Shown here in pieces: positions 1-26,700 of a stretch of 64,000 nt of DNA. The translations under genes and the position numbers were made by a program. Position 1 is the first letter of the stretch; the number at the start of each line of letters is the position of its first letter. Source of the stretch: Phaeosaccion multiseriatum (lineage: Eukaryota > Protista > Ochrophyta, other classes); the NCBI GenBank assembly GCA_965112735.1, contig OZ218954.1, positions 3,162,001 through 3,226,000 on the forward strand, given 5' to 3'. The notes below the pieces were generated by a model, which saw nothing but the letters and a program-made list of their open reading frames with translations, was not told the DNA's origin and searched no databases.

Positions 1-550
<550 letters not shown>

Positions 551-819
551 TCTCTCTTTCTGACACCCCATACCCACTACGCGATTCTCCCTCACCCCTC
601 ATTACATCGATAGTTAACGTAACATTTCTTAATAGCGTAAGAGATTCACTCACCCCTCATTGCACCCCCCCCAACTACCATCACCAATACCACCGCCGCT
701 CATATCACCAACCCCTCCAAACAATCATCCACCACCACCCCCAACACCACCCCCAACACCACCACCACCACCACCACCACCACCACCTTCCACCCACCGA
801 ACCGCCGTACTACCAACAG

Positions 820-16246
<15,427 letters not shown>

Positions 16247-16942
16247 TGCTACTGCTGCTGCTACTACTTCTACTCATACGAGTAGTGGTGGTACGATCAA
16301 GAGATAGAGTGGATTAGCCATGAGACTGATGTAGTTACTTTGGATTGTGTTGGAAAGGAGGGGAAAGGAATGGAATAGGAGTTGCAGGAATGACTTAGTC
16401 AGGCTATTCGGCATCGAGCTCAACAATATTATAGAAGAGGTGGAAAGAAGGGGAATGGCTGCTCCTGGCTGTGCACGTATACAAGCAAACACGCACACAA
16501 ACATGCACATGGCTGCACATACACACACACACACACAAACACACACGCACACACAAACACACACACATACACACACACGCACACACACACGCACACACAC
16601 ACAAACACACACACACAAATCAAATAGGAGAATATAGTTTCTTCGCTCCTTTGCCCCTCTTCCAATGCGACAAAAGCACTATGTGCTAAAGTGTCTGCGT
16701 GCAAGCCGTCAGCCAAGCTCAATTGCTCGTGGCTGCACAGAGAGGAGCTCGATGGCAGCTCTACACATCACTACAAACTGAATTCAATGTCTTCCCCGCG
16801 CATGGCTGTCCCCCAGCAAGTCCAGCACCTTCTTGTGATCTCGTGCACTGCCGTTAGTAGAAATCGCAGAGCTGTTATAGGCAGGGATGAGGGGGGGAGG
16901 AGCAGGAGGAGGAGGAATCAGATAGAAGTACTAAGTACTAGG

Positions 16943-17246
16943 CTCAACCCCTGATACACTATCGCCCACATTCTCGATAGCGCGCTATCGGCCGCCGGCC
17001 GATAGCGGATAGCGCACCGGCTGGCGCCGGCCGATAGCGGATAGCGCACCGGCTGGCGCCGGCCGATAGCGGATAGCGTGCCGGCCCGCGCCGGCGATCG
17101 GATAGCTGCTGGCGCCAGCGATAGCGGATAGCGCGCCGGCTGGCGCCGGCGATAGCGGATAGCGTGCCGGTTGCGACGGCGATAGCGGATAGCGCGCCGG
17201 CTGGCGCCGGCGATAGCGGATAGCGGATAGTGTATCAGGGGTTGAG
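16943..17246. mobile_element. MITE/foldback-like element family 1 (304 bp)
   Basis: Perfect 21-bp terminal inverted repeats CTCAACCCCTGATACACTATC (16943-16963) / GATAGTGTATCAGGGGTTGAG (17226-17246). Interior is ~30-bp GC-rich subrepeats (GATAGCGGATAGCGC...GGCTGGCGCCGGC). No coding capacity and no clear TSD. An inverted partial copy lies at 36186-36260. Confidence 0.75.
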
Positions 17247-17529
17247 TGAACAAGAGGAAGTCAATGAAAATAAAAGTAAAGTCTTTCTCGGGGGAACCGG
17301 CGGGAACCATATCCAGAACCTGTTCGCTGCATCCGAGGCAATACATCCATCAATTGCAGCAGCATCGCCCTCCTTACTAAAGAAGCGACAGCCTCCAGTT
17401 CCCTCGGTATTCTTGGGCCATCTTCAAGAAACGTGGAGCAGCAGGCGCCAGGTTTCTTTTGCCTCTGTGAACAAGGAGGAACGAGCGAAGAAAAAGGAAC
17501 GGGGAGGGGGGGGGGGAGGAAGGAGAGAA

Positions 17530-20500
17530 ATGACAGTCCCTGACGTGCTGGTGTCGCTGTTTAATTGCACGGGAGGAGCTCAATGGGAGAACCACAGCGG
17601 ATGGGACGAATTGGGCACCATAACACCGCGCAATCGTCGCCATGATTTGTATGGGGTGAATGGTGTGCGGAATGGCTATTGCTATTTAAAAAAGGTTGCA
17701 AGCGTAGTCCAACTCAAGCTATATGGCAACGGACTAAAAGGTGAGTGACGTGTTGGTCCTTCACGGGCCTGGCTGAAGGGGTCTTAAAGAGATTGGTGCT
17801 GCCCTTGTCCACACACAGGCACGATACCGGCCGAGCTTGGCCGATTACAAGCACTGACGGTGCTTCGCCTTGATGGCAACAAGCTGACAGGTGGGTTACA
17901 GGCATGATGCCATCCACACCTCTCGTCCCTTCTCCTCGTGTGCTCACAGTCCTGAGGGGCTTTTTAAGACGTGTGCTGCTGCCCTTGTTGTCCATACACA
18001 GGCACGATACCGGCCGAGCTTGGCGGTTTACAAGCACTGACGGAGCTTTACCTTGATGGCAACGAGCTGACAGGTGGGTTACAGGCATGATGCTGTCCAC
18101 GCCTCGTCCCTTCTCCTCGTGTGTTCACAGTCCTGAGGGTTTTTTTATGACGTGTTGCTGCTGCCCTTGTTGTCCACACACAGGCACGATACCGGCCGAG
18201 CTTGGCCGATTACAAGCACTGGAGCAGCTTTATCTTAATGGGAACAAGCTGACAGGTGGGTTACGGGCATGATCCCGTCCACGCCTCGTCCCTTGTCCTC
18301 GTGTGTTCACAGTCCTGAGGGGCTTTTTAAGACGTGTTGCTGCTGCCCTTGTCCACACACAGGCACGATACCGGCTGAGCTTGGCCGATTACAAGCACTG
18401 GAGCAGCTTTATCTTCATGGAAACAAGCTGACAGGTGGGTTACGGGCATGATGCCATCCACACCTCGTCCCTTCTCCTCGTGTGTCCACAGTCCTGAGGG
18501 GCTTTTTAAGACGTGTTGCTCCCCCTGTCCACACAGGCACGATTCCTGCGGAGCTTGGGTCTCTACGCAGACTACGTTGCGCCTCTTTTACTCCCGGGAA
18601 CCCTGATCTCCACGGTAAGCCCTTCCAGATGGTCCGAAGCCTCCTCTTGCTTGAATGTCTCTTCTCTTCCTCCAAACTCCATGGGATTCGACTGTACTTC
18701 GCGGTTAAGCAAACCACAAGTGACTTCCCCTGCGCTCGAGGAGGAGAGGAGACCCCGCTCTGTCCTGCCTTGCTGTGTAGTAGGTGTAGCAATGGGTTGG
18801 CGTGACTGACTCTCTCTGACGCGCCGATCTCTCTTCTATGCGCGGTCCGCAGGCAACCCCAGTAGCTTGATATGCCGGGGCGACGTGCAGATTTGGCAGC
18901 GAGACCTTCCGCTGCTGACCGAGAGAGATATAGCCCGCTACGAGCTGCAGACTGAAAGGGCCTCCTTCATCACGCTCAAGGCCGAGCTTGAGCAGGCCAG
19001 ACGAGACACAGAGTCTCTGCTGGAGGAGGCACAAAGAGCGTCGCTGTCCTCCGGGGTGGACATGCTGCTGGCCGTTACGGACGCCGTAGCGAGCACCAGA
19101 GGCCACAAGCAGAAGGAGCACAGCACTGACTTGCAAGAGCAGCATCAGAGAGAGGGTGTTGAGGAAAGGGCCCAACTTCCAACAGCCTCCTGGAGGGGTC
19201 TACTCAAGGCCATTGAGCTCATGTCCAAAGGCGAAACGACGCAGGACAGTGGCACAGTCGGGACAGAGGCTCTGGCTGAGATGGTGCAGGAGGAAAGGCG
19301 GGCAAGCTGGCACTGGGACTCTCTCAAGATGCATCAGAGCATACTGAGGAAGTGGAGCCAGTCTGTGTCGGGGGAGGCTCGGGCGGAAGAGGTTAGCATG
19401 AGTGAGATCCAGGTGGTGTTGGTTGACATCAAAGGGCTTACGGGGAAGAGCTTGCATGAGGTCGTGGCTGCTCGAGACGGGGAGAGGAAAAGCCTGGTGG
19501 ACGCGATGAGCCAGCTTCTCCTGATGAGTGCGAGAGAGGAGCTGCCCGACAAGATCGACGCCGAGAAGAGAGAGATCGAGAGTGTGGAGGGTCTGCTGGC
19601 ACCGCTGAATGAGTTCCAATTGTCATTTAGGGACCTGCTTGAGGAGGACGGAGGGCAGGGCGAGGACGAAAGCTTCGACATTGGTGCGCTGTGCACAGAG
19701 GTGCTGCAAGCTGTGAGGCAGTGGGAGGCAGCGCACGATCTCGCTGCCCTCGCGCAGAGCACTGACGGGCGCTGCAGAGAGCTGGGGCAGGCGCTGGCGA
19801 AAGCGCTTGGGTCGCTGGGAGGCACAAGCAGCGGAGTCGAGGAGGGAGCACGAGAAGTGGGAGAGAGCGAGGACGATGATGGCGATATACGGCGGTGCCT
19901 TCGACTGGCGGCCAAGGCGGCGCAGGCGGCGGTCAACGACGAAGACATCGGCAGCGAATTAAGCTCCTTGCTCAAAGACCTTCCGCTCATCGCCGTCCTG
20001 CAGGCTGGGGAGCGCCTGCTCGCTTACCACCGTCAGAGGGTGGAAAGCATGGAGGGACTTGGCGCCAGACAAGGCGTCTTCTTCGACGTGCTCGCTCAGC
20101 AGCAGGGGGTAAGCATCGCCTTCCACCACACGTTTGCACTCTCTTCACTCTCTCTATCTCGGCTCGAAGATACTCAGCACAGAGGAGCGAAAGTACTCCA
20201 CGAAGTGTGTGGCTCTGACGGAATCCATTGTGCCGCTAGACGCCTCCGCTCTTTGGACATTTGACATGCTCTGATGACTCGTCCTGTGCCCTCCAGGTGG
20301 TGTCCAGCGCGTGCTACCCTCCCGACATAAGCGGACTCAGGGCCCTCCGCGCGGAGCTGCACGATCTCCAGGACGAGGTGGATATGCTGAAGCTCAAGAT
20401 CGCTCAGAAGCAGCGCCGGGGAGAGCCCACCGACGGCCTGCAGGCAGAGCTGAGGCGCGTCATCTCCGACATCACTCAGAAGGTAGGGCGAGTGCTGTAT

Positions 20501-22860
20501 GGGGTTGGCTTAGTGGGTCCGAAAGCGCTCTCGATCCTACCCTCCTCTTGGGCACACAGAGCAGCGCGACTGACGTCTCTCCTCTCCTGTTGGCTGTGTG
20601 GCTGTGCTCCCCCGCCCAAGTAGAAGCTAAGCCGGCACATCATGGCGGAGGAGAGCAAGCTGTACCGCCTGGCGCTGGAGCACTACCCCGAGCTGCTGCT
20701 GGAGGGCAACGAGTGGGGCAAGGAGGTGGGCAATGACGCCTCCTCCTTTGGGGCAGAGGCGCGGCGTCTGGGCCTGCTTGCAGATGGCCGGACGCTGCAG
20801 AGCTTCGCCAAGCAGACGCTGCTCTCCACGCAGGCGGGAAGGCGTGTCTACCTCGTGGAGGAGGCAGGGGAGTCCATGGCAGAGCAGCAGCAGCAGCAGC
20901 AGGACGGTGTGCCTCTCCGGCGGAAAATGGTGGTTAAAGAGTTCAGCTTGAAGCTGGAACGGGACATGTGGCACTTCTACAGACAGGTGCGTCTGGCCTG
21001 TCCCTCTCACGCATAGCCGTGAGTTACTGAGAAGTGAGCCCAAACGCACGCACTCACGTCAGAGCCTGCTCTCCCCTCCTCCTCACCTCCCGTACTGTGA
21101 CCAACAGGTTGCCCTGCTGCACCAGCTGAGGCATCCCAACCTCGTGGGCGTGTGTGCTGTGTTCCAGGACGTCACGGCGGGCTCTTGCTACCTGCAGATG
21201 CCGCACTATGGGGGAGGAGATCTCCGAGCCTGGATGGACGCCAACCCCGCCACGGCCAGGGATGCCGTCTTCTGCGCGCAGGTATGTGTGTGTGTGTGTG
21301 TGTGTACATGTGTGTGCTTGCGTGTGTGTGTGTGTGTGCAGACAGAGGGTGGACTGAGCGGGGAACAGAGTCAAACCCCCCCAAATTTATATCCAGTCCT
21401 ACCTTTCCACTGAGCGTCTCTTCGCTTCCGTCCGCCGTCCGCGCCTCGCAGATTCTGAGCGACGTGTTGGCGGGGCTCCACCACCTTCACGCCAGCGGCC
21501 TCGTGCTCTGCGACCTCAAGCCTTCCAATGTGCTCCTCACCACGCGAGGCACCGCCGTGCTGTCGGACTTTGACGGGCTACGCAAGGAGGATGACTTGGC
21601 CAGCGGCATGGGATCGACCACTTTTGTAGGAGGCATCCAGGGAACTATGCGCTATCTCCCTGCAGAGCTGCTGCAACCGCCGGGGACGAGTGTGATGAAA
21701 AACCTCATCACTCCAAGCGTCGACATGTTCGCTTTTGGGAGGGTTGCGGAGGAGCTGCTGCAAGAAGGGGTGCAGCTCAGTTGGCGAAGAGGGGAGGGAG
21801 GCGACAGGAAGGCAGAGCACCGCAGGAGATGGGACTCGCTCAAAGGCTTGATCGCTGCACTGGTAGCTGATGACCCGGCCAAGAGGATGAGCAGCTCTGA
21901 CGCGCTGGCCCACTCTCTCTTGGTGGAGCTCGGTAGAAGGACCACGGAGGGAGAGGACAGGGTGAAGCAGCGCAAGCTCCAGTGCGTCATCTGCTTTGAC
22001 ACATTCCTCGCTGCGGAGGGGGTGCAATGCGACGCGAAGCACTTCATCTGCGACGAATGCCTGGAAGGGTACGCGACGGCCAAGAGTGAGTCTGAAGAGA
22101 GGAAGGCGCTGTACAAGGGCGGGCTGCAGTGCCCCCAGCCTGGCTGCGCGTCAAGTCCCTTCCAAGGACACACCATTGCCAGCCACGTGTCCGCCTCCGT
22201 GTATGAGGCGTATCGCACGGCGCTGAACGCGGGGCTGGAGACCAAGGTTGTGCAAGACATGGAGAGGGTTCACGAGGTGAGGATGAAGGTGGGGGTGAGG
22301 ATGATGGATGGAGATCGTTTGGTGTCTTGCTAGATGCCGTTCATACGGGCCATTCATGTGGACTGTGTGGGGACTGTGTGTGGCTTGTCTTCACCGTTGC
22401 TGGCCATTCTCTCGCCATTTGCGCCCCCTCGTTGTGCAGGAGAGGCTGGAGGCGATGCGCAGACACTTTGCCAATCGATCGGCGGCCGACGCCCTCGAGG
22501 AGGAGGCCGGAGACCCGTCAGCACTCGAGGAGGAGGCCGGAGACCCGTCAGCACTCGCTCCGTGTCATCAAAACGGCCATCAACCTGGCCTGCCCACGCT
22601 GCAAGCAGGCCTTCGTGGACTTCACCCACTGCTTCGCCCTCCAATGTGGCCGCTGTTCTGCGGGCTTTTGGGCCTACTGCCTCGCGGACTGCGGTAGGGA
22701 CACTCACAGACGCGTGGCATCATGTGCTCTGAACCGGACTCGACGTGTATTCGGCAGCTTCGACGTCTTCGAGGCCGCCCAAAAGGGCAGGAGGGAGAAG
22801 CTGCTGGCGGCCTACCTGCACTACTACAGCGACTACGTAGGTGCGCGGAGAATGCGATGA
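17530..22860 (+). CDS. LRR - helical/coiled-coil - protein kinase - RING/RBR-like protein; apparent frameshift near the C-terminus (possible pseudogene)
   Basis: Exons 17530-17740 (LRR N-cap: LVSLFNCTGGAQW...LYGNGLKG), four 72-nt LRR exons, 18537-18614, 18853-20108, 20297-20482, 20624-20986, 21108-21281, 21452-~22288, 22440-22860. Kinase motifs VVKE, LRHPNLV, LCDLKPSNVLL, SDFD, GTMRYLPAE, DMFAFG. RING CVICFD...C...HFICDEC...CPQPGC. Second Cys cluster CPRC...DFTHCFALQCGRC lies in a shifted frame. Confidence 0.82.
17819..18614 (+). repeat. Tandem array of ~180-bp units, each one 72-nt LRR exon plus a conserved intron
   Basis: Phase-1 exons 17819-17890, 18002-18073, 18184-18255, 18363-18434 encode GTIPAELGxLQALxxLxLxGNxLT. 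Capping exon 18537-18614. Introns are near-identical (gtgggttacrggcatgat...cacacag). Confidence 0.93.
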
Positions 22861-23240
22861 AAAAAAAGGTTCCCGCCCCTGCCCCTCCCAAATTGAAATT
22901 CAAATTGATTATGATGTACAGTATATTTTATTATTATTTATTATAATAATAAAATATTCATATATATATTATTTATATATATATATATATATATACTCAT
23001 GTTCCCATGGCTGCTCTCCTGTATTGCCACGAGCTGAAATCGCGGAGCGAGCAGGCCAGTTCGAGAGATGAGACTCGAATGAGATGACATCGGGCTGAAT
23101 CCGTTATTTCCGCATGTCCTTCAGCAGCAGTCGCAGGGCTGTGCGGGATGGTATCGGGTCTGTGACCGCTTGCCTTCATCTCATCAAGCAAGGCAAACGC
23201 TTTCAATGGCCCATCGATCGCCCATCTCTCTGTGTTGTTC

Positions 23241-23499
23241 GATCGCCCCCGTGCACGCCTAGCGGCCTGGGCCTATTTTGGAAAATTGCCCGGCCTAGCG
23301 AGGGCCGTAGGCCCTCGGCCTTTTTATAGGCCCGCGGCCTAGGCCCCATATGCCCCTGGCTATAGGCCGCCTAGGGCTGAAAAGTGAGCGGCCTAGAGCG
23401 GCCGGAGGCCGCCGACCTAGGCCTATTTCGGCCGAAGGCCGAGCGGCCTAGCGGCCTAGAGCCAAAACCGCTAGGCCGCTAGGCGTGCACGGGGGCGAT
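23241..23499. mobile_element. MITE/foldback-like element family 2 (~259 bp)
   Basis: Perfect 27-bp inverted repeats ATCGCCCCCGTGCACGCCTAGCGGCCT (23242-23268) / AGGCCGCTAGGCGTGCACGGGGGCGAT (23473-23499). Candidate TSD TGTTC at 23236-23240 and 23500-23504. Interior rich in GGCCTAG/CTAGGCC. Confidence 0.78.
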
Positions 23500-23624
23500 T
23501 GTTCTTTACCGTTTCCGATAAGTCAACAAATAATGCTTGGCTCCTCCCTCCGCCAGATTCTACGCCTCCTCATGAGGGATATGAACCTCCTCAGAGACCT
23601 ACGACGAGGTCATCTTCTCCTGCT

Positions 23625-23726
23625 GGGGGCGAGGGGAGCTGAGCGCAGCAGCAGCAGGGAAGGCACTTTCCCTCTTACAATAAAAAAAGGGCCTGGAAGA
23701 AAGATCATCATCAAGAAAAAACAAAC
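23625..23726 (+). promoter_or_regulatory. Conserved upstream/5'UTR block shared by genes A, B and C
   Basis: ggggcga.gggarctgrgcgca...cagcagggaag.cactttccctctt.caat.aaaaagggcctggaaga recurs at ~36563-36640 and ~48051-48125, just before each ATG. Confidence 0.5.
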
Positions 23727-26700
23727 ATGGGCCGAGCTGCTGCGCTTATAAGTGTGCTGCTCCTCGGGAGTGGTACAGCAAGGTCATTGGCGGCCGAAGT
23801 GTCACTTCCCACGAGTAATTGCACGGGCTTCACAAGTGAGTTCTCCACGCGGAAGGAAGTCAATACAAGCAAGAGAAGAGATGAGAGAGAAAAAGTTTTC
23901 CGCGTTTTCCGGTGTGTTGACTTGCCTTCATGGCTTCTGGCGCCCTGGTGCTGCATATGCTCCTTAAGGACATTGGGCTTCAATTTAACTTCGTCCTCCT
24001 CACCAAGGGAAAACGACGGCAGGATAGAAGAGAAGAGATGAAAGCCTTCCTTCCTGTGTGTTGTTGCTTGCCTTCTTCATGGCTACGAAGGACATTGAGC
24101 TTCACTTTTCCTGCCTCCTCCTCCAAGGGTACTTTCAAGAAAACGTTCCGTCGTTTTCTGCAAGTATCCTTGTCCTCACCCACCGCACTGACAACACGCA
24201 CCAACTCAACTCCTCCACCCCCTCCTCCACAGCGTCGTACGATGCGGATAGCGACACCACCACCTGGACCGCTTCCTCGTCCCTCACCTGTGGCAGCGGC
24301 GGGGCCGTCGGCGTCAGGGACGAGGGCCAATCCTTGATTGTAAGTAGGCCTGGAAGGATGGAGACTTCGTTGCCTGAGCGACGTCTCTGACGCTCCACCC
24401 CTCTCGTACCAATCCCTCCCCCCTACCCTTCCCCAACCAAACAACCACAGATCGACGTTGGCACCTACGACGTCGTCTTTGAGGGCGTAACCTTCTCTGT
24501 CGGCAGCTCCGCTACAAGATCCTGCTCCGGGGGAGCCTCCTTGGACATCATCGGAGACGCGGCGGAGGGGTCGGTCACCTTCAACGGCAGTGGAAGTGGA
24601 ACAGCACTGTTTCTCCGCGGCAACGGTGCCGACATGGACATCAATGTGCCGGCTTTCTTCAACGACTGGGTGAGTTGTCTAAGCAACAACAGCAAAGCCT
24701 CAGCAGGCCTTTGCTTGCTGGCCAACCGCTTGTCTCCTTCCTACCTACCTCACCCCTTGCTTGTCTGCCTTCCTGCCTTGTCTGCCCGCCCTATCGTGCC
24801 TGCCCGCTTTGCTTTGTGCGCACCGTCCGCTCTTCTCTTTGCAGGAAAATGGAGCCGATGCGTCGGCTCAGTCCTCCTGCTCCACCATGCTCACCTTCGG
24901 GTCCGATGCCATCTTCACCGGCATCACAGGCACCGGACTGTCCGCTTTTGAAAGTGAGCAGCAGAGAACTGGGACTGTGTGTATGTGACTCTGAGGAAGG
25001 CGGAACAACAACTGGACTCTGTGTGTGTGTGGTGTGGCCTTGCGGGTGGGGTGGGCCAATGAAATGTTGTTTTTTGTCTTTGCTCACGTTCGAAGCAAAT
25101 GCAAACTCTACCCCCCCTCCCCTTCCCCAGCCACGTGGGAAGTGCTAGGCCGAGCTGCCTTCCACGATGTCGCCACACCGGCCGATCAGCGAGGCACCGG
25201 GCAGCAGTCTCGGTTTGGGACATGCGTGGAGCTCGGCCCCGGTGTAAGTGTGTGCCAGTGCTCCCGTATTTATCTTCACTTACAGCCCTGCCTGCCTCTC
25301 CCCTCTCATTCTTCTCGACTCGAGGTCCCCCGCCATGCCTGTGTATTGTCTTTTCGAAGCCTTCCTTGTTGCTGTTGCTGCTGCTGATGGGGCTAATCTC
25401 AGTTTCAGTGTATTCGCCCTCCGCCGTCCCCACTGCTGCATCTCTGGCTGCTTGCTTGCACTCCTACGCCCTCTTGTGCAGTGGGATGTCGATCTCACCC
25501 CCAAGCCTTGCCCCCTAACCTGCCCTTCTGTCTCATCCGATTTGCAGGTGCCTCTGCCGGCATCCACGGCGAACTACCCTGACCCCATCCTGCCATTTGA
25601 GCTGTGCGAAGACGCCATCTACGCACCCGCACCGTTCGGCGGAATTGATCTTCCCAGCAGTTGCGATGGCATGACAAGTGAGTGATCGAGGAGCGAGGCT
25701 TGCGTGTAATGGAGAGAGAGGAAGAGGAAGAGGAAGGAGTGATTTGAGCGAGGCTGCTGTGGGGGGGGGGGGGGGGGTCAAGCAAGGCGAGGGGAAGTCG
25801 AGACGGGAAGGGGTCATTTTTGCAATCCGCCCCCTTCTTCGCTCATGGGCTGACACACACACCCCGCTGTTTGCTACCCCCTGTGTGCCGCTCGTTCCTT
25901 GCCCTCTCTCTGCCCGGACCAACACCCCCGTCGCTCCTCCACAGCGTCGTACGATGCGGATAGCGACACCACCACCTGGACCGCTTCCTCATCCCTCACC
26001 TGTGGCAGCGGCGAGGCCGGGATCGTCGACGTCCAGGACGAGGGCCAATCCTTGATTGTATGTAGGCCTGGAGGGACGAAGACTTCGTTGCCTGACGTCC
26101 CTGACGCTCCACCCCTCTCGTACCAATCCCTCCCCCCTACCCTTCCCCAACCAAACAACCACAGATCGACGTTGGCACCTACGACGTCATCTTTGAGGGC
26201 GTAACCTTCCTTGTCGGCAGCTTCGCTACATCCTCCTGCTCCGGGGGAGCCTCCTTGGACATCATCGGAGATGCGGCTGAGGGGTCGGTCACCTTCAACG
26301 GCAGTGGAAGTGGAACAGCACTGTTTCTCAACGGCAACGGTGCCGACATGGACATCAATGTGCCGGCTTTCTTCAACGACTGGGTGAGTTGTCTAAGCAA
26401 CAACAGCAAAGCCCCAACAGTCCTTTGCTGGCCAACCGCTTGTCTCCTTCCTTCCTACCTCACCACCTGCTTGTCTGCCTTCTTGCTTTGTATGCCCGCC
26501 CTATCGTGCCTGCCGGCTTTGTTTTGTGCGCACCGTCCGCTGTTCTCTTTGCAGGAATATGGAGCCTTCGCGGCGGCTGAGTCCTCCTGCTCCACCATGC
26601 TCACCTTCGGGTCCGATGCCATCTTCACCGGAATCACGGGCACCGGACTGTTCGCTTTTGAAAGTGAGCAGCAGAGAACTGGGACTGTGTGTATGTGGCC

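Noticed and set aside
16990-17225. ~30-bp GC-rich repeats superficially like a CRISPR array
   Set aside because: No unique spacers, no cas genes, eukaryotic context; the repeats are contiguous and enclosed by TIRs.
17819-18614. LRR unit array as CRISPR-like or DGR template/variable repeats
   Set aside because: Units are spliceosomal exon+intron repeats; no reverse transcriptase in the window, and variation is not adenine-specific.
17530-22860. Calling the LRR gene a ROCO/LRRK protein
   Set aside because: No P-loop GTPase (Roc) or COR motifs were visible between the LRRs and the kinase.
22900-22996. Sharp AT-rich/(TA)n patch
   Set aside because: Short low-complexity 3' flank with no supportable function.
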